A stretch of DNA of 57,152 nucleotides from Minisyncoccia bacterium. GTDB taxonomy: Bacteria > Patescibacteriota > Minisyncoccia > Phycocordibacterales > DATDWN01. Below the pieces are notes generated by a model that worked only from the letters and a program-made list of their open reading frames with translations, was not told the DNA's origin and did not search any database. Location: NCBI GenBank assembly GCA_049297675.1, contig JBAQUS010000006.1, positions 1-57,152 on the forward strand, given 5' to 3'. The translations under genes and the position numbers were made by a program. This document shows positions 19,778 through 29,594 of the stretch, in pieces; positions within the stretch are counted from its first letter, which is position 1, and every line of letters starts with the position of its first letter.

Positions 19778-19981
19778 ATGCCTGAAGAAACATACACGAC
19801 CAAAGATGAGATCTGTTTTATTGATTCACTCGGAGACAAGCAGTCTCCCCATGAAAGAATGCGAAAATTGATTTCCTATGGAAACACAATCAAATCTCGC
19901 CAAAACTGGGGCAGGATAGACAAGTCAGAAGTAATCAAACACGTCACAAAATTGCTCGCACAAGTAAGAAAACCAAAGTGA
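19778..19981 (+). CDS. hypothetical protein (67 aa)
   Basis: AAGGAGG lies 7 nt upstream of the ATG, and the ORF is followed by a hairpin terminator. Confidence 0.5.
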   Translation: MPEETYTTKDEICFIDSLGDKQSPHERMRKLISYGNTIKSRQNWGRIDKSEVIKHVTKLLAQVRKPK

Positions 19982-20008
19982 TGGTCTAGGGGGACTATAA
20001 CTTCTCAT

Positions 20009-20032
20009 AAAGACGGTCGAGTGACCGTCTTT
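20009..20032. terminator. bidirectional hairpin terminator
   Basis: AAAGACGGTC-GAGT-GACCGTCTTT lies between convergent genes. Confidence 0.6.
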
Positions 20033-20037
20033 CGCAT

Positions 20038-20244
20038 TTATCTACTAACGAATGGAAGTAGCCCCATAAAGCGAGCCCTCTTGACTGCCATAGCCAAATT
20101 CCTCTGATGCTTTGCAGTAACGCCTGTCTTTTTTCTTGAAATTATCCTAGCGTGAGGATTGAGAAACTTTTTTAGCAAATCAACATCCTTGTAGTCTATG
20201 TATTTTATATTATTTTCAGTGAAGTAGCACTTTTTAGAATTCAT
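20038..20244 (-). CDS. rpsR: 30S ribosomal protein S18
   Basis: 68 aa ending [31 protein letters not shown]. Confidence 0.95.
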   Translation of the reverse strand: MNSKKCYFTENNIKYIDYKDVDLLKKFLNPHARIISRKKTGVTAKHQRNLAMAVKRARFMGLLPFVSR

Positions 20245-20273
20245 GGGAGTTAAAAGTTATAAAGTTTATAAAG

Positions 20274-20714
20274 TTAGAAAGGAATGTCTTCGGGGTTAAT
20301 CTCCTCTTCAGGATACTCAATAGTATCCAGTGCTTTCTTATGTTCTTCTGGTGAAGGAGCTTCATAAGTGCTTGGTGTACTACCCTCTTTCTTTGGACCA
20401 AATTGGATTCTGTCGGCGATAACTTCAGTTCTGTATTTCTTTACGCCAGAAGCATCGTCCCAGCTCCTAGTTTGCATTCTTCCTTCGATAAGAATGGAGT
20501 TACCCTTTTTCATGTACTGACCCACAATATCAGCCTGGCGACCAAAAACTACAATATTATGAAAATCCACATTTTCTTGTTTTACTCCGTTCTTATCTTT
20601 CCAAACTCTATTTGTAGCAACTCCAAAGCTTGCCACCCTTACTCCCGAAGGTAGAGCCTTCAACTCTGGGTCTCTTGTCAGATTTCCTATGATTATGGCT
20701 TTGTTGAGATACAT
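20274..20714 (-). CDS. ssb: single-stranded DNA-binding protein
   Basis: MYLNKAIIIGNLTRDPELKALPSGVRVASFGVATNR... with an acidic C-terminal tail ending DIPF. The start is placed at the ATG that abuts the repeat element, because the 12 upstream ORF codons are element sequence. Confidence 0.9.
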   Translation of the reverse strand: MYLNKAIIIGNLTRDPELKALPSGVRVASFGVATNRVWKDKNGVKQENVDFHNIVVFGRQADIVGQYMKKGNSILIEGRMQTRSWDDASGVKKYRTEVIADRIQFGPKKEGSTPSTYEAPSPEEHKKALDTIEYPEEEINPEDIPF

Positions 20715-20829
20715 CCCGTTTAGAAACAGGTCGCGGTCTGGTAAGACCACTTCCCCGTCCCTATTATTAATTACTTATAACCTAACATATACCAATTAAT
20801 TTTCAAGCGACCGCGGTTTCTAACGGGAT
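20713..20829 (-). repeat. CCCGTTAGA-family element (117 nt) ending on the ssb start codon
   Basis: Reverse strand reads ATCCCGTTAGAAACCGCGGTCGC...GACCGCGACCTGTTTCTAAACGGGAT followed by G. It is flanked by ATGTAT on both sides. Same subfamily and same orientation relative to the gene as the recA copy. Confidence 0.85.
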
Positions 20830-20868
20830 ACATGGTATTTGTAAAGTTAAAAGTTTATAAAGTGGATA

Positions 20869-21330
20869 CTAAGCAATTACTAAATCATCTATGCTTTTAT
20901 CTAAATCCTCAGTAACGACCACCTCGACTTCTGCAGGCACTGATTCTGATAATGTTTCTTCTTCTTTTTTAACTCTATCCTCTTTATGGAATTTCATTTT
21001 TCCATTTAGAAGAGTATTTTCCTTTACTGTCTTAACTAATAAATAACGAACAACCTCAGAACTTTCATCGAGTTTATTTTTTATTTTTTCCACCTCTTCT
21101 GCTCCGAGTTCGAATTTTATCCAGCCAAAGTGTCCCGAATTCACTTTAGTTCGTGAAGTTGGAGTAACCTTAGTCATGGAATATGCTAGATCTATGAGAA
21201 TTGGATCCTCAAAAGAAAGCACTGCACCATCCAGCCCTGATATGGTTCTTTTTATAGAATCAACATAGCTGGAAACCTCACTCTCGGCAAGGGATGGAAG
21301 GAGAATGAAAGACATCTCGTAAACTGTCAT
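20869..21330 (-). CDS. rpsF: 30S ribosomal protein S6 (with acidic C-terminal extension)
   Basis: MTVYEMSFILLPSL...LAYSM...VRYLLVKT. The ORF is open to 21399, so the start is chosen by homology to S6 N-termini. Confidence 0.85.
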   Translation of the reverse strand: MTVYEMSFILLPSLAESEVSSYVDSIKRTISGLDGAVLSFEDPILIDLAYSMTKVTPTSRTKVNSGHFGWIKFELGAEEVEKIKNKLDESSEVVRYLLVKTVKENTLLNGKMKFHKEDRVKKEEETLSESVPAEVEVVVTEDLDKSIDDLVIA

Positions 21331-21403
21331 CTCATCACCCTTTTCTTTGTTAACTTTTTCCATAGGTGAAACCTTATCACAAATAGTATATTGAGGCAAA
21401 CCT

Positions 21404-22210
21404 TTACTTGTCTATTTTAAACACCCTTTTTGCGTTGGAAACTAGGGTTTTTTTAGTTTCAAAAAGAGAGGTGTTTCTTATTTCTGCGATTTTTTTTACG
21501 ACCTCTGGAACATATAGAGGTGAATTTCTTTTTCCTCTGTGTGGAATTGGAGCTACAAAAGGAGCATCTGTTTCAGAGAGAATCATATCTTCTGGTACAT
21601 ATTTTATAAACTCATCATAATCCCTAGTAAAAGTAATTACCCCAGTAAAAGAAACTGTGAACCCAATGTTTAGAAATCGCTTCAAAATATCCATATCCCC
21701 AGCAAAAAAATGGGCATCACCAGATAGCCTTTCCCCTGAAATTTTATGATGGTGTTCCAAAATGTTAAGTGAGTCTAAATATGCATCCATAGTGCCTTTG
21801 GATGGTCTTAAGTGAAGCATGAGGGGTTTTTCCTTCATAAGCGCCAAATCTATATGATACTCAAAAACTGTTTTCTGGATTGTTTTAAGTTCTAAGTCAT
21901 CATCCCTTAACCTAAAATAATCCAAACCGCACTCGCCTACACAGACTACTTTTTCTTCATCCACTAAGTCACTAAGCCTCTCATCAAAAACCGAATCAGG
22001 TTTGAGATCTGATGGATGCTGACCTACACAGGCATAAAAACCATGATGTTTTTTGGTGATTTCTATGGCTTTTTGTGAGCTTTCAAAATCAGTGCCGACA
22101 GTTATTGTCCCAATTTTGGCTTTTTTTATTTTCTCTATCTCCTCTTCCCTATCTTTATCATAATCCGGAAAGTAGATGTGCGAGTGGATGTCAAAATAGT
22201 CGAAAGACAT
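21404..22210 (-). CDS. tatD: TatD-family metal-dependent hydrolase
   Basis: 268 aa with FDIHSHI, GECGLDY and ETDAPF motifs. Confidence 0.9.
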   Translation of the reverse strand: MSFDYFDIHSHIYFPDYDKDREEEIEKIKKAKIGTITVGTDFESSQKAIEITKKHHGFYACVGQHPSDLKPDSVFDERLSDLVDEEKVVCVGECGLDYFRLRDDDLELKTIQKTVFEYHIDLALMKEKPLMLHLRPSKGTMDAYLDSLNILEHHHKISGERLSGDAHFFAGDMDILKRFLNIGFTVSFTGVITFTRDYDEFIKYVPEDMILSETDAPFVAPIPHRGKRNSPLYVPEVVKKIAEIRNTSLFETKKTLVSNAKRVFKIDK

Positions 22211-22246
22211 GAAAGTTAAAAGTTATAAAGTTTATAAAGTAAGTAC

Positions 22247-23683
22247 TTAATCTTTACGAAGAAACAATGGTTTCTCAGGTACTTTATTGGATTTTATTAG
22301 TTCCTTAATTTTTTGGGAAGTCTCCGGAAGAATCGGGTTTAGCATTCTTGCTACAGAATATAGTTTAATAACCATCTCTGATATCATCTTCTGACCTTTT
22401 TCTTTTTCGAGTTTGACAACCTTAAATGGCTGATTTTCTTGTATAAAGAAGTCCATTTCACCAATTTTCTTCCAAACATAGTCAGTTGCCTTATTTATCT
22501 CAAAATTATTTAGAAATCCGAAATATTCTTCCATATTTTCAAATTCAGGAATTACAGCTGGTTTGTCTAAATTGTCACTTGCCATTTTCATTATTCGAGA
22601 AACCAGATTACCCAAACCATTGGCAAGTTTTGCATTATAAGCATCCTTAAACCTCTCTATGGTAAATGGACTATCTTCAAAATTTGATAGTTCAGCCAAG
22701 AGGAAATACCTGACTGCATCAGGGCCATATTCGCTAATAAGATCAACTGGATTTACAGTATTACCCAAAGACTTACTCATTTTTATTCCTCCTTCACCAG
22801 TAACGAACCCGTTTATTATTATGTGTTTAGTGTTAGGAAGATCTACAGCCATGAGCATGGCTTGCCACATAGCTGACTGTTGACGAAGATTGTCCTTTCC
22901 ACAATATTGAACAGTCTCCCCTTCTCTCCAAAATTTACTAAAATTACTTTCATCTTTTGGCCATCCTAAGGTAGAGATGTAATTTACCAAAGCATCAAAC
23001 CAAACATACATTACTTGACTATTATCATCTGGAACAGATATACCCCAGGACATTTTTTCCTTAAGACGAGATATGGAAAAATCCTCTAAACCGCTTTTAA
23101 CAAAAGTTTTTATTTCATTAAACCTAAAATCTGGAACCACGAAACCCGGATTTTCTTTATAGTATTTTAGAAGTTTTTCTTGAAAAGCAGAGAACTTAAA
23201 AAAATAATTCTCCTCTTCGATTAACTCAATCTCCCTGTTTGGATGAAGTAAACATTTCCCGTCCTCTAGTTCCGAATCGGTTTTTTCCAGTTCACATCCA
23301 ACACAATATTTTATTTTATAATTTTTCTTGTATATAAAACCGTTTTGTAAGCACCTCTTCCAGAATTCCTTGGCTGATTCTTCGTGATATGGATCTGTAG
23401 TTCTCATAAAATGCACTTCATCCAAAATACCAAGAGTAACTGGAAGTTCCCTAAATTTTCTAGCGTATTCATCAACATATTCTTTTACATTTTTCCCAAC
23501 CTCTTTTGCTCCTGTAAAAAGTTTCTGACCATGTTCGTCAGTCCCAGTGTTAAAAAAAACTTGGAAACCTTGAAGCTTCTTTGACCTTGCTATTGCATCT
23601 GCTCTGACAAGTTCCATAGCAAAACCGATGTGCGGTTCTGCATTTACGTACGGCAATGTAGTAGTGATATAGAAAGTCTTCAT
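22247..23683 (-). CDS. metG: methionyl-tRNA synthetase (short form)
   Basis: TTTLPYVNAEPHIGFA (HIGH region), a KMSKS motif and a CxxC-type zinc knuckle. Confidence 0.95.
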   Translation of the reverse strand: MKTFYITTTLPYVNAEPHIGFAMELVRADAIARSKKLQGFQVFFNTGTDEHGQKLFTGAKEVGKNVKEYVDEYARKFRELPVTLGILDEVHFMRTTDPYHEESAKEFWKRCLQNGFIYKKNYKIKYCVGCELEKTDSELEDGKCLLHPNREIELIEEENYFFKFSAFQEKLLKYYKENPGFVVPDFRFNEIKTFVKSGLEDFSISRLKEKMSWGISVPDDNSQVMYVWFDALVNYISTLGWPKDESNFSKFWREGETVQYCGKDNLRQQSAMWQAMLMAVDLPNTKHIIINGFVTGEGGIKMSKSLGNTVNPVDLISEYGPDAVRYFLLAELSNFEDSPFTIERFKDAYNAKLANGLGNLVSRIMKMASDNLDKPAVIPEFENMEEYFGFLNNFEINKATDYVWKKIGEMDFFIQENQPFKVVKLEKEKGQKMISEMVIKLYSVARMLNPILPETSQKIKELIKSNKVPEKPLFLRKD

Positions 23684-23690
23684 ATAAGTG

Positions 23691-23822
23691 CGACACTAAT
23701 CCACGAATTCATGCGAATGATACGAGGTTAGATACCCTTGACGAATGGGCATACAAATTTATTTGTAATATTCGTATGCAATTCGTATATTGGTATCGCT
23801 TCATATTCGTAATTCGTGTCGA
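23691..23822. repeat. ACGAAT-rich palindromic element (composite copy) 7 nt upstream of the metG start
   Basis: CGACACTAATCCACGAATTCATGCGAATGATACGAGGTTAGATACCCTTGACGAATGGGCATAC...ATTCGTATATTGGTATCG plus an extra arm ATTCGTAATTCGTGTCG. Confidence 0.8.
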
Positions 23823-23827
23823 GTTTG

Positions 23828-24907
23828 TTAACTTTGATTCATCATTTTCTCAACTTTATCCCTCTGAAAATCATCAAAGAATTCTGTGATAGCAGCAGCA
23901 ACTGGAACAGAAAGAACAAGTCCTAGAAATCCAGCTAGATGCCATCCTGCCGTTAGGGCTAAGATAGACACAACCGGAGAAACACCAACAACCTTTTTCA
24001 CTACTAACGGATATATTAGTTGGTTCTCAAATTGATGAACAATGACATAAAGACCCAATACCATAAGTGAAAGTGGGAAACCTCCAGTAACAAAAGAAAT
24101 CATTATGGCGGGAATTGATGCAAGTATAGGACCAAAAAGAGGTATAATTTCAAAAAAAGCAGCAAAAGTTGCCAAAAGTAGTGCATTAGGTACATTTAAA
24201 ATAAGCAAACCGAGATATACAAGCATGCCTATTATAATGGCTAAAACTAGCTGACCCTGCATCCAAAGACCTATCTTTTTTTGAGATCTTTTCCATAAGG
24301 CCACTACGTATTTTTCATGCCTTATTGTAGTAATAGCTTTTAAAAATTTTTCGACCCCGTCTTCTTCAACTGAAAGATAGAAGGACAGAATGGTTGCAAG
24401 GAAGAAACTTAATATTCCACCAAAAAATGTAGCCACCGTTCCGAAAGCATTTGAGGAAATACTTCCTATAATTGAATTAATCTGACCGATGACATCCTCA
24501 AGATTTATACTGCTTGTAATCCCACTTACGAATGAGCCTGATGACAAAAAGTCGTTTTGAGTAATGGTATTTGTAAATTTGTCTATATTTACATCACTAA
24601 AATATGTAGGAAAATTTCTCAAAAATTCACTGGACTCAGAAAGAAGTGGAACCAAAAGAAAATAAACTAGACTAATTAAACAAATGGCAATAGAAAGATA
24701 TATTATTATTACGGAAAACAATCTTGGTATACCTCTTTTTATAAACCACTGTGCACCAGGCTCAACACCTGATGCAACCACGATAGAAAGCAAAACCACC
24801 AGAGCTAGGTCTCTCAAAAGAAAAAGTACCCAAAACAAAAGTCCAGTAACTATAACCTTTGCTATTGTTCCAACACTTATATGTATAGTTTGCTCCCTAG
24901 TTTCCAT
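23828..24907 (-). CDS. AI-2E family transporter (PerM-like permease)
   Basis: 359 aa, 7-8 TM helices, with the conserved FFEIIPLFGPILA-type segment. Confidence 0.8.
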   Translation of the reverse strand: METREQTIHISVGTIAKVIVTGLLFWVLFLLRDLALVVLLSIVVASGVEPGAQWFIKRGIPRLFSVIIIYLSIAICLISLVYFLLVPLLSESSEFLRNFPTYFSDVNIDKFTNTITQNDFLSSGSFVSGITSSINLEDVIGQINSIIGSISSNAFGTVATFFGGILSFFLATILSFYLSVEEDGVEKFLKAITTIRHEKYVVALWKRSQKKIGLWMQGQLVLAIIIGMLVYLGLLILNVPNALLLATFAAFFEIIPLFGPILASIPAIMISFVTGGFPLSLMVLGLYVIVHQFENQLIYPLVVKKVVGVSPVVSILALTAGWHLAGFLGLVLSVPVAAAITEFFDDFQRDKVEKMMNQS

Positions 24908-24944
24908 CAGGCAATAATACTACTTATTTACGAATTTGTAAAAA

Positions 24945-26213
24945 TTAGAGTTTGAAAAGTTTTTTGATTTCTTCTTCGTTTTCTACATTCCCTACTATTG
25001 CCATATTCATATTTTTATTAACAAAAATTTGTTTAGCAAGCTTTTGAATATCTTTTGCTGTAATTTTTCTTATTTCCTTCTCTTTTTCCTCTGGAGTTTT
25101 TATCTTCTCCCCCATTACTTCTTGAAAACCGTAAAAATCAGCAAGGGAATCCGATGATTCAAGCCCAAGATACATCCTGCCTATTTTATAATCCTTTGCT
25201 TTTTTTAGTTCCTCCTCAGTAATTTTTATTTCTTTTATTTTTCTTATCTCGCCTAAAATACCTTCAATCGCCATTCCAAGCCGATTTTTATCAACACCAG
25301 CAGGTATTCTAAAATTACCATGGTCTGTAAGCCCACTATAGCTTGAACCGATGTAATAGCAGATACCAAGTTCTTCTCTCATTTTCTGCCACAAACGCGA
25401 GCTCATCCCGACACCTAGGATGGTAGAAAGAAGACTTAGAACCCTTGCTCGTTTATCATGAAGATCAAATGCTCTAAATCCTATAATTAGATGCAACTGA
25501 TCAGTGTTTTTATGTTTAATCCTGATTTCCGGTTTTTCTTGCTTCTCTGAAAACTTACTTTTTCTGACTGTTTTTCCGGTGGAAATATTTTTGAAAGCTT
25601 TCTCAATTTTTTTAAAAGCTTCATCTATCTTTAGATCACCTGATGCAACAATAGTTGTTTTGCTAGCAACATAATGCTTTTTCCTGTACTGAAAAAAGTC
25701 TTCTTGCTTCATACTTTTAATATTTTCTTTTGGACCCAAAACTGTCCATCCGTATGGAGTATCACCATACATGAGCTCCTGAAAAACCTCATGAGAAATA
25801 ACTTGTGGTAAATCCTCATACATGTTTATTTCCTCAGTTATTACCCCTTTTTCCTTCTCCATTTCCGCCTTAGGAAATGTTGGATTTAAATACATATCAG
25901 AAATAATGTCTAATATCTTTTCAAAATTATTATTTGAGGCTTTAGCGTAATAAGAGGTGATTTCATTTGAGGTGAAGGCATTGTTTTCTGCACCCATACC
26001 ATCAAACTCCTTAGCAATATCCATAGCAGTAGGTCTGTTTTTGGTACCTTTAAAAAACATATGCTCTAGAAAATGTGAGACTCCGTTTTTCTCCTTTGTC
26101 TCATACTCCGAACCAGTCTCAATTATAGACATGACTGTAACGGAGGGTGCACCTTTTATGGGAACAACGATTATCCTTAGACCATTTTTAAGTGTTTTCT
26201 TTTGATATGTCAT
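24945..26213 (-). CDS. M16-family (pitrilysin-like) zinc peptidase
   Basis: 422 aa with the inverted zinc motif HFLEHMFFKGT. Confidence 0.85.
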   Translation of the reverse strand: MTYQKKTLKNGLRIIVVPIKGAPSVTVMSIIETGSEYETKEKNGVSHFLEHMFFKGTKNRPTAMDIAKEFDGMGAENNAFTSNEITSYYAKASNNNFEKILDIISDMYLNPTFPKAEMEKEKGVITEEINMYEDLPQVISHEVFQELMYGDTPYGWTVLGPKENIKSMKQEDFFQYRKKHYVASKTTIVASGDLKIDEAFKKIEKAFKNISTGKTVRKSKFSEKQEKPEIRIKHKNTDQLHLIIGFRAFDLHDKRARVLSLLSTILGVGMSSRLWQKMREELGICYYIGSSYSGLTDHGNFRIPAGVDKNRLGMAIEGILGEIRKIKEIKITEEELKKAKDYKIGRMYLGLESSDSLADFYGFQEVMGEKIKTPEEKEKEIRKITAKDIQKLAKQIFVNKNMNMAIVGNVENEEEIKKLFKL

Positions 26214-26214
26214 T

Positions 26215-26252
26215 GCGATACGAATATACGAATCATGCGAATGATACGAATT
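26215..26252. repeat. ACGAAT-rich element, half copy, abutting the M16 peptidase start codon
   Basis: GCGATACGAATATACGAATCATGCGAATGATACGAATT. On the reverse strand GTATCGCA is followed directly by the ATG. Confidence 0.75.
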
Positions 26253-26269
26253 TTAAGAATAAAAGCAAA

Positions 26270-27595
26270 CTAAGAAAGACTGGTTCGAACAAAAAGGATG
26301 ATTTCGTCTACACTCATTCTTTTTTGTTCGCCTGTATCTCTATCCCTAACAGTTACTCCAGCGTCCTTCTCTATAGTCTCAAAATCGACAGTGACACACC
26401 AGGGTGTGCCGATCTCATCTTGTCTTCTATACCTCTTCCCAATATTTCCGTTGTCATCGAAAACCACAGCCCCGAATTCTTTTTTCAGTTGTTTGTAAAT
26501 TTCCCTAGCTTTCTCAACCAATTCCGGTTTGTTTTTAAGCAAAGGAAAAACCGCAATTTTTACTGGAGCAAGTTTGGGAACAAATTTTAGATAAGTTCTC
26601 ACCTCACCACCAAGAAAATCCTCTGTGTAGGCATCACATAATACGGCAAGAACCGTCCTATCCACCCCAAGAGAAGGCTCTATTACATGTGGAATATACC
26701 TTTCATTTGTTTCTTCATCAAAATATGATAAATCAACACCAGAGGTTGATGAATGAGCTTTTAAATCAAAATCTGTTCTATAAGCAAGCCCGTATAATTC
26801 TTTCTTTCCAAAAGGGTAATCAAATTCAATATCAACTGTTTTTTTTGAATAGTGTGCTCTGTTTTCTGGTAAACATTCACACTCATGAATATGAGATCTA
26901 TTCAAGCCAATTTCTTCACACCACTTAAATAATAGTGCCAACCACTCGTCAAAATATTTTTCCCATCCAGAATGGTTAATAAAATATTCAACCTCCATTT
27001 GTCTAAACTCACGGGAACGAAAAACGAAGTCTCTTGGAGCAATCTCATTTCTGAATGCTTTTCCAATTTGAGCTAAACCAAATGGTATTTTGGGATGAAC
27101 AGAATCAAGCACATTTTTAAAATTAACAAACATTCCTCCGGCAGTTTCTGGACGTAAATAGGAGATCGAGTCTTTATCCTCTAGTACACCAATGTGGGTC
27201 TTGAACATCATATTAAACTGTTCTTCATTTCCCAACTTGCCTCCACAATCAGGACACTTATTTTTATCTTCTAGATGATCAGCCCTAAAACGATGATGAC
27301 ATTTTTCGCATTCAACAAGAGGGTCAGCAAATCCAGATACATGACCACTTGCTTCCCATGCTTTCGGATTCATCAATATTGCAGCATCAACACCATACAT
27401 ATCCTCCCTATCAGAGACAAACATCTTCCACCAAAGATTTTTTATATTATTAGCTAGTTCTGCCCCATAAGGACCGTAATCCCATGTACCAGAAAGCCCA
27501 CCGTAAATCTCCGAACCTTGAAAAACAAAACCTCTACGCTTGCAAAGCGAGACTATTTTTTCTAGCAAATCATTTTTCTCCTCTTTTTTTGTCAT
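26270..27595 (-). CDS. glyQS: glycyl-tRNA synthetase (class II, alpha2 type)
   Basis: 441 aa with RGFVFQGSEIYGGLSGTWDYGPYG and class II motifs. Confidence 0.95.
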   Translation of the reverse strand: MTKKEEKNDLLEKIVSLCKRRGFVFQGSEIYGGLSGTWDYGPYGAELANNIKNLWWKMFVSDREDMYGVDAAILMNPKAWEASGHVSGFADPLVECEKCHHRFRADHLEDKNKCPDCGGKLGNEEQFNMMFKTHIGVLEDKDSISYLRPETAGGMFVNFKNVLDSVHPKIPFGLAQIGKAFRNEIAPRDFVFRSREFRQMEVEYFINHSGWEKYFDEWLALLFKWCEEIGLNRSHIHECECLPENRAHYSKKTVDIEFDYPFGKKELYGLAYRTDFDLKAHSSTSGVDLSYFDEETNERYIPHVIEPSLGVDRTVLAVLCDAYTEDFLGGEVRTYLKFVPKLAPVKIAVFPLLKNKPELVEKAREIYKQLKKEFGAVVFDDNGNIGKRYRRQDEIGTPWCVTVDFETIEKDAGVTVRDRDTGEQKRMSVDEIILFVRTSLS

Positions 27596-27639
27596 ATTGG
27601 CATACTAACCCAAGTTGCTAATTTAGCCAAGACTGTGAT

Positions 27640-29550
27640 TTACTGTTTAACTATATTATCTCCGGATTTAAAATTTGGATCTGAATATTGAGTGTCAACT
27701 TGTTCAAACGTCCCGCTAATTTCCGTTTCAGTATACATGTCTATGGCTGTTGCTGTTGATTTTGTGATGAGGGCAGGAGAAGCACCGATCTGATTTATAC
27801 TAGGTACAATTCCAACCTTGAAAGAAACTTCTTTAGCTGAATTTGAAAAACCAACTCCTGCAGAAATGTTTCCGATTTTCCATTTAACTACTCTGGTATC
27901 TGGATCATATGTCACTCTCTCTGAAGTGGGCGATATTTCTCCTTTCCATAATACTCCCACAGGAAGTGTTGTCACTACTTCAGCATCTTTTAAGTTGTTA
28001 GTTGTATTTGTAACTGTCCAGTTAATGCTATAGGTACTCTCCTTATCGGCCTGTGGAGGTATCGGACCAGTGTTTGTAAATGGTCCAATACTTCGAAGTG
28101 ATTTTGAAACAAGCGTTAAGGTTGATTGGATTTTAATTTGTAAATCTGCAGAAGAGCTTACTTCTGAGGAATCCTCATCAGACCTTGCTCCAGTCATAGT
28201 TACATGCACATCTATATAAGGATTCCTGAGTGCCCTGACAATTTGCGGATCAGTGAGCGATAATAGAGAAACTGAAACCTGTCCCTCAGCACCAGGCATG
28301 AGCTGTATCAATTCTTTAACAGCATTCTTATCCCAATTGACCATATTATTTATCGATTCGTAAAAACCAAGATTGCCAACACTTACTTTGTTTCTATCGA
28401 AAATATTTCCGGAAATCACTGCTTCGATTTTGGCATTGATTATTTTGTCTGGTAAAGTGTTGTACCATTTGATTGTCACTGGAATATACTCACCTACCCT
28501 TTTTACTGAATCGTCAGATGTCGTAACTTTTAGATCAAAGAAAGATTTTCTAATACCGACAGTTATTGATGACTCTACCAAATCTGAGTTTGTGACTTGA
28601 GAGAAACCTTGAGTTCCAGCTGATATTCTAAACGACCTATCCTCCATATTTTGACCAACCAAAACTCCTATAACAGTTAGAGTGGTTTTTTCTCCATCTT
28701 TTAAGTCCCCTATATTCCAAACAGAATTATCACTTGTCGGCTTTATACTTGAACTTTTGTATGTAAAACCAAATGGATACTCTATTTTTACTTGAGAATT
28801 TCTAATCGTTACTGGAGAATTTGAAGTGAGATCTACGTTTATCTTCATTTCCTGTCCTGAATTTACTTCCTTTGGATAATCAATCTCCATTAGTATTGGT
28901 GATGAACCTATAGAAACATCCACGGTTTTCTCTTTTAGGAGAGTAGCGTTTGAACCCTTAACTTTATACTCCAAATTTAATATAAAAGTTTTTATCGTGT
29001 CTTTCTCACCAAAAAGAAGTGCCCTAACGGAGTGATCCTTGCTTTCCCCTTTAGGGATACTTCCAAGTTCTATCCTGTCATGCGTCAATGATCTACTACT
29101 GGAATTAACATCTTGAGAACCAACTGGATAATCTATAGCTAAAGCTACATCTTCTAAATCAGTTCGATTACCGTTGGTAATGTTAAGTTGCATAAGATAT
29201 TCCTCACCGGACGATACTGAACTTGGGGAGATTACTTTAATATCAACATTGCTAGAGGAAATCAGATTTATTCCTCCAAAGAAAACAAAAACGGCAACAG
29301 TAAGAGAAATTATAAAAAGAATAAGAGAAATTATAAGGAACTTATTAAAAAATGAATTGTTTTTCTTGGCCACTTCGTCATATCTTAAATCGAACGATTT
29401 TGGCCCCCCCCAATTGTTTTGTACTTCAGATTCATAATGGGGCATATGACTCCTCTCATCCTTAGGAACCATGGACTCGTTGCGAGAATAAAGTGCTCTT
29501 TTTAGTCTCTCTATTCTACTATTTTCAAAATTACTATCTTCGGGGCTCAT
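27640..29550 (-). CDS. hypothetical membrane-anchored extracellular protein with repeated beta-sandwich-like modules
   Basis: 636 aa with one TM helix near residue 70-95 and a repetitive beta-rich ectodomain. Confidence 0.55.
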   Translation of the reverse strand: MSPEDSNFENSRIERLKRALYSRNESMVPKDERSHMPHYESEVQNNWGGPKSFDLRYDEVAKKNNSFFNKFLIISLILFIISLTVAVFVFFGGINLISSSNVDIKVISPSSVSSGEEYLMQLNITNGNRTDLEDVALAIDYPVGSQDVNSSSRSLTHDRIELGSIPKGESKDHSVRALLFGEKDTIKTFILNLEYKVKGSNATLLKEKTVDVSIGSSPILMEIDYPKEVNSGQEMKINVDLTSNSPVTIRNSQVKIEYPFGFTYKSSSIKPTSDNSVWNIGDLKDGEKTTLTVIGVLVGQNMEDRSFRISAGTQGFSQVTNSDLVESSITVGIRKSFFDLKVTTSDDSVKRVGEYIPVTIKWYNTLPDKIINAKIEAVISGNIFDRNKVSVGNLGFYESINNMVNWDKNAVKELIQLMPGAEGQVSVSLLSLTDPQIVRALRNPYIDVHVTMTGARSDEDSSEVSSSADLQIKIQSTLTLVSKSLRSIGPFTNTGPIPPQADKESTYSINWTVTNTTNNLKDAEVVTTLPVGVLWKGEISPTSERVTYDPDTRVVKWKIGNISAGVGFSNSAKEVSFKVGIVPSINQIGASPALITKSTATAIDMYTETEISGTFEQVDTQYSDPNFKSGDNIVKQ

Positions 29551-29594
29551 AGATAAATTATATCACATTTTGTCATACTGATTCAAAACCCAAA

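Noticed and set aside
20715-20750. Longer N-termini given by the ORF track for ssb ([12 protein letters not shown]-), argS (MFPISNG-, 35857-35877) and DedA (MPVKGVEVRVLSRAP-, 49512-49556)
   Set aside because: The extra codons are read-through of repeat-element arms (ssb, argS) or of tRNA-Leu (DedA). The homology-consistent ATGs downstream were used instead.
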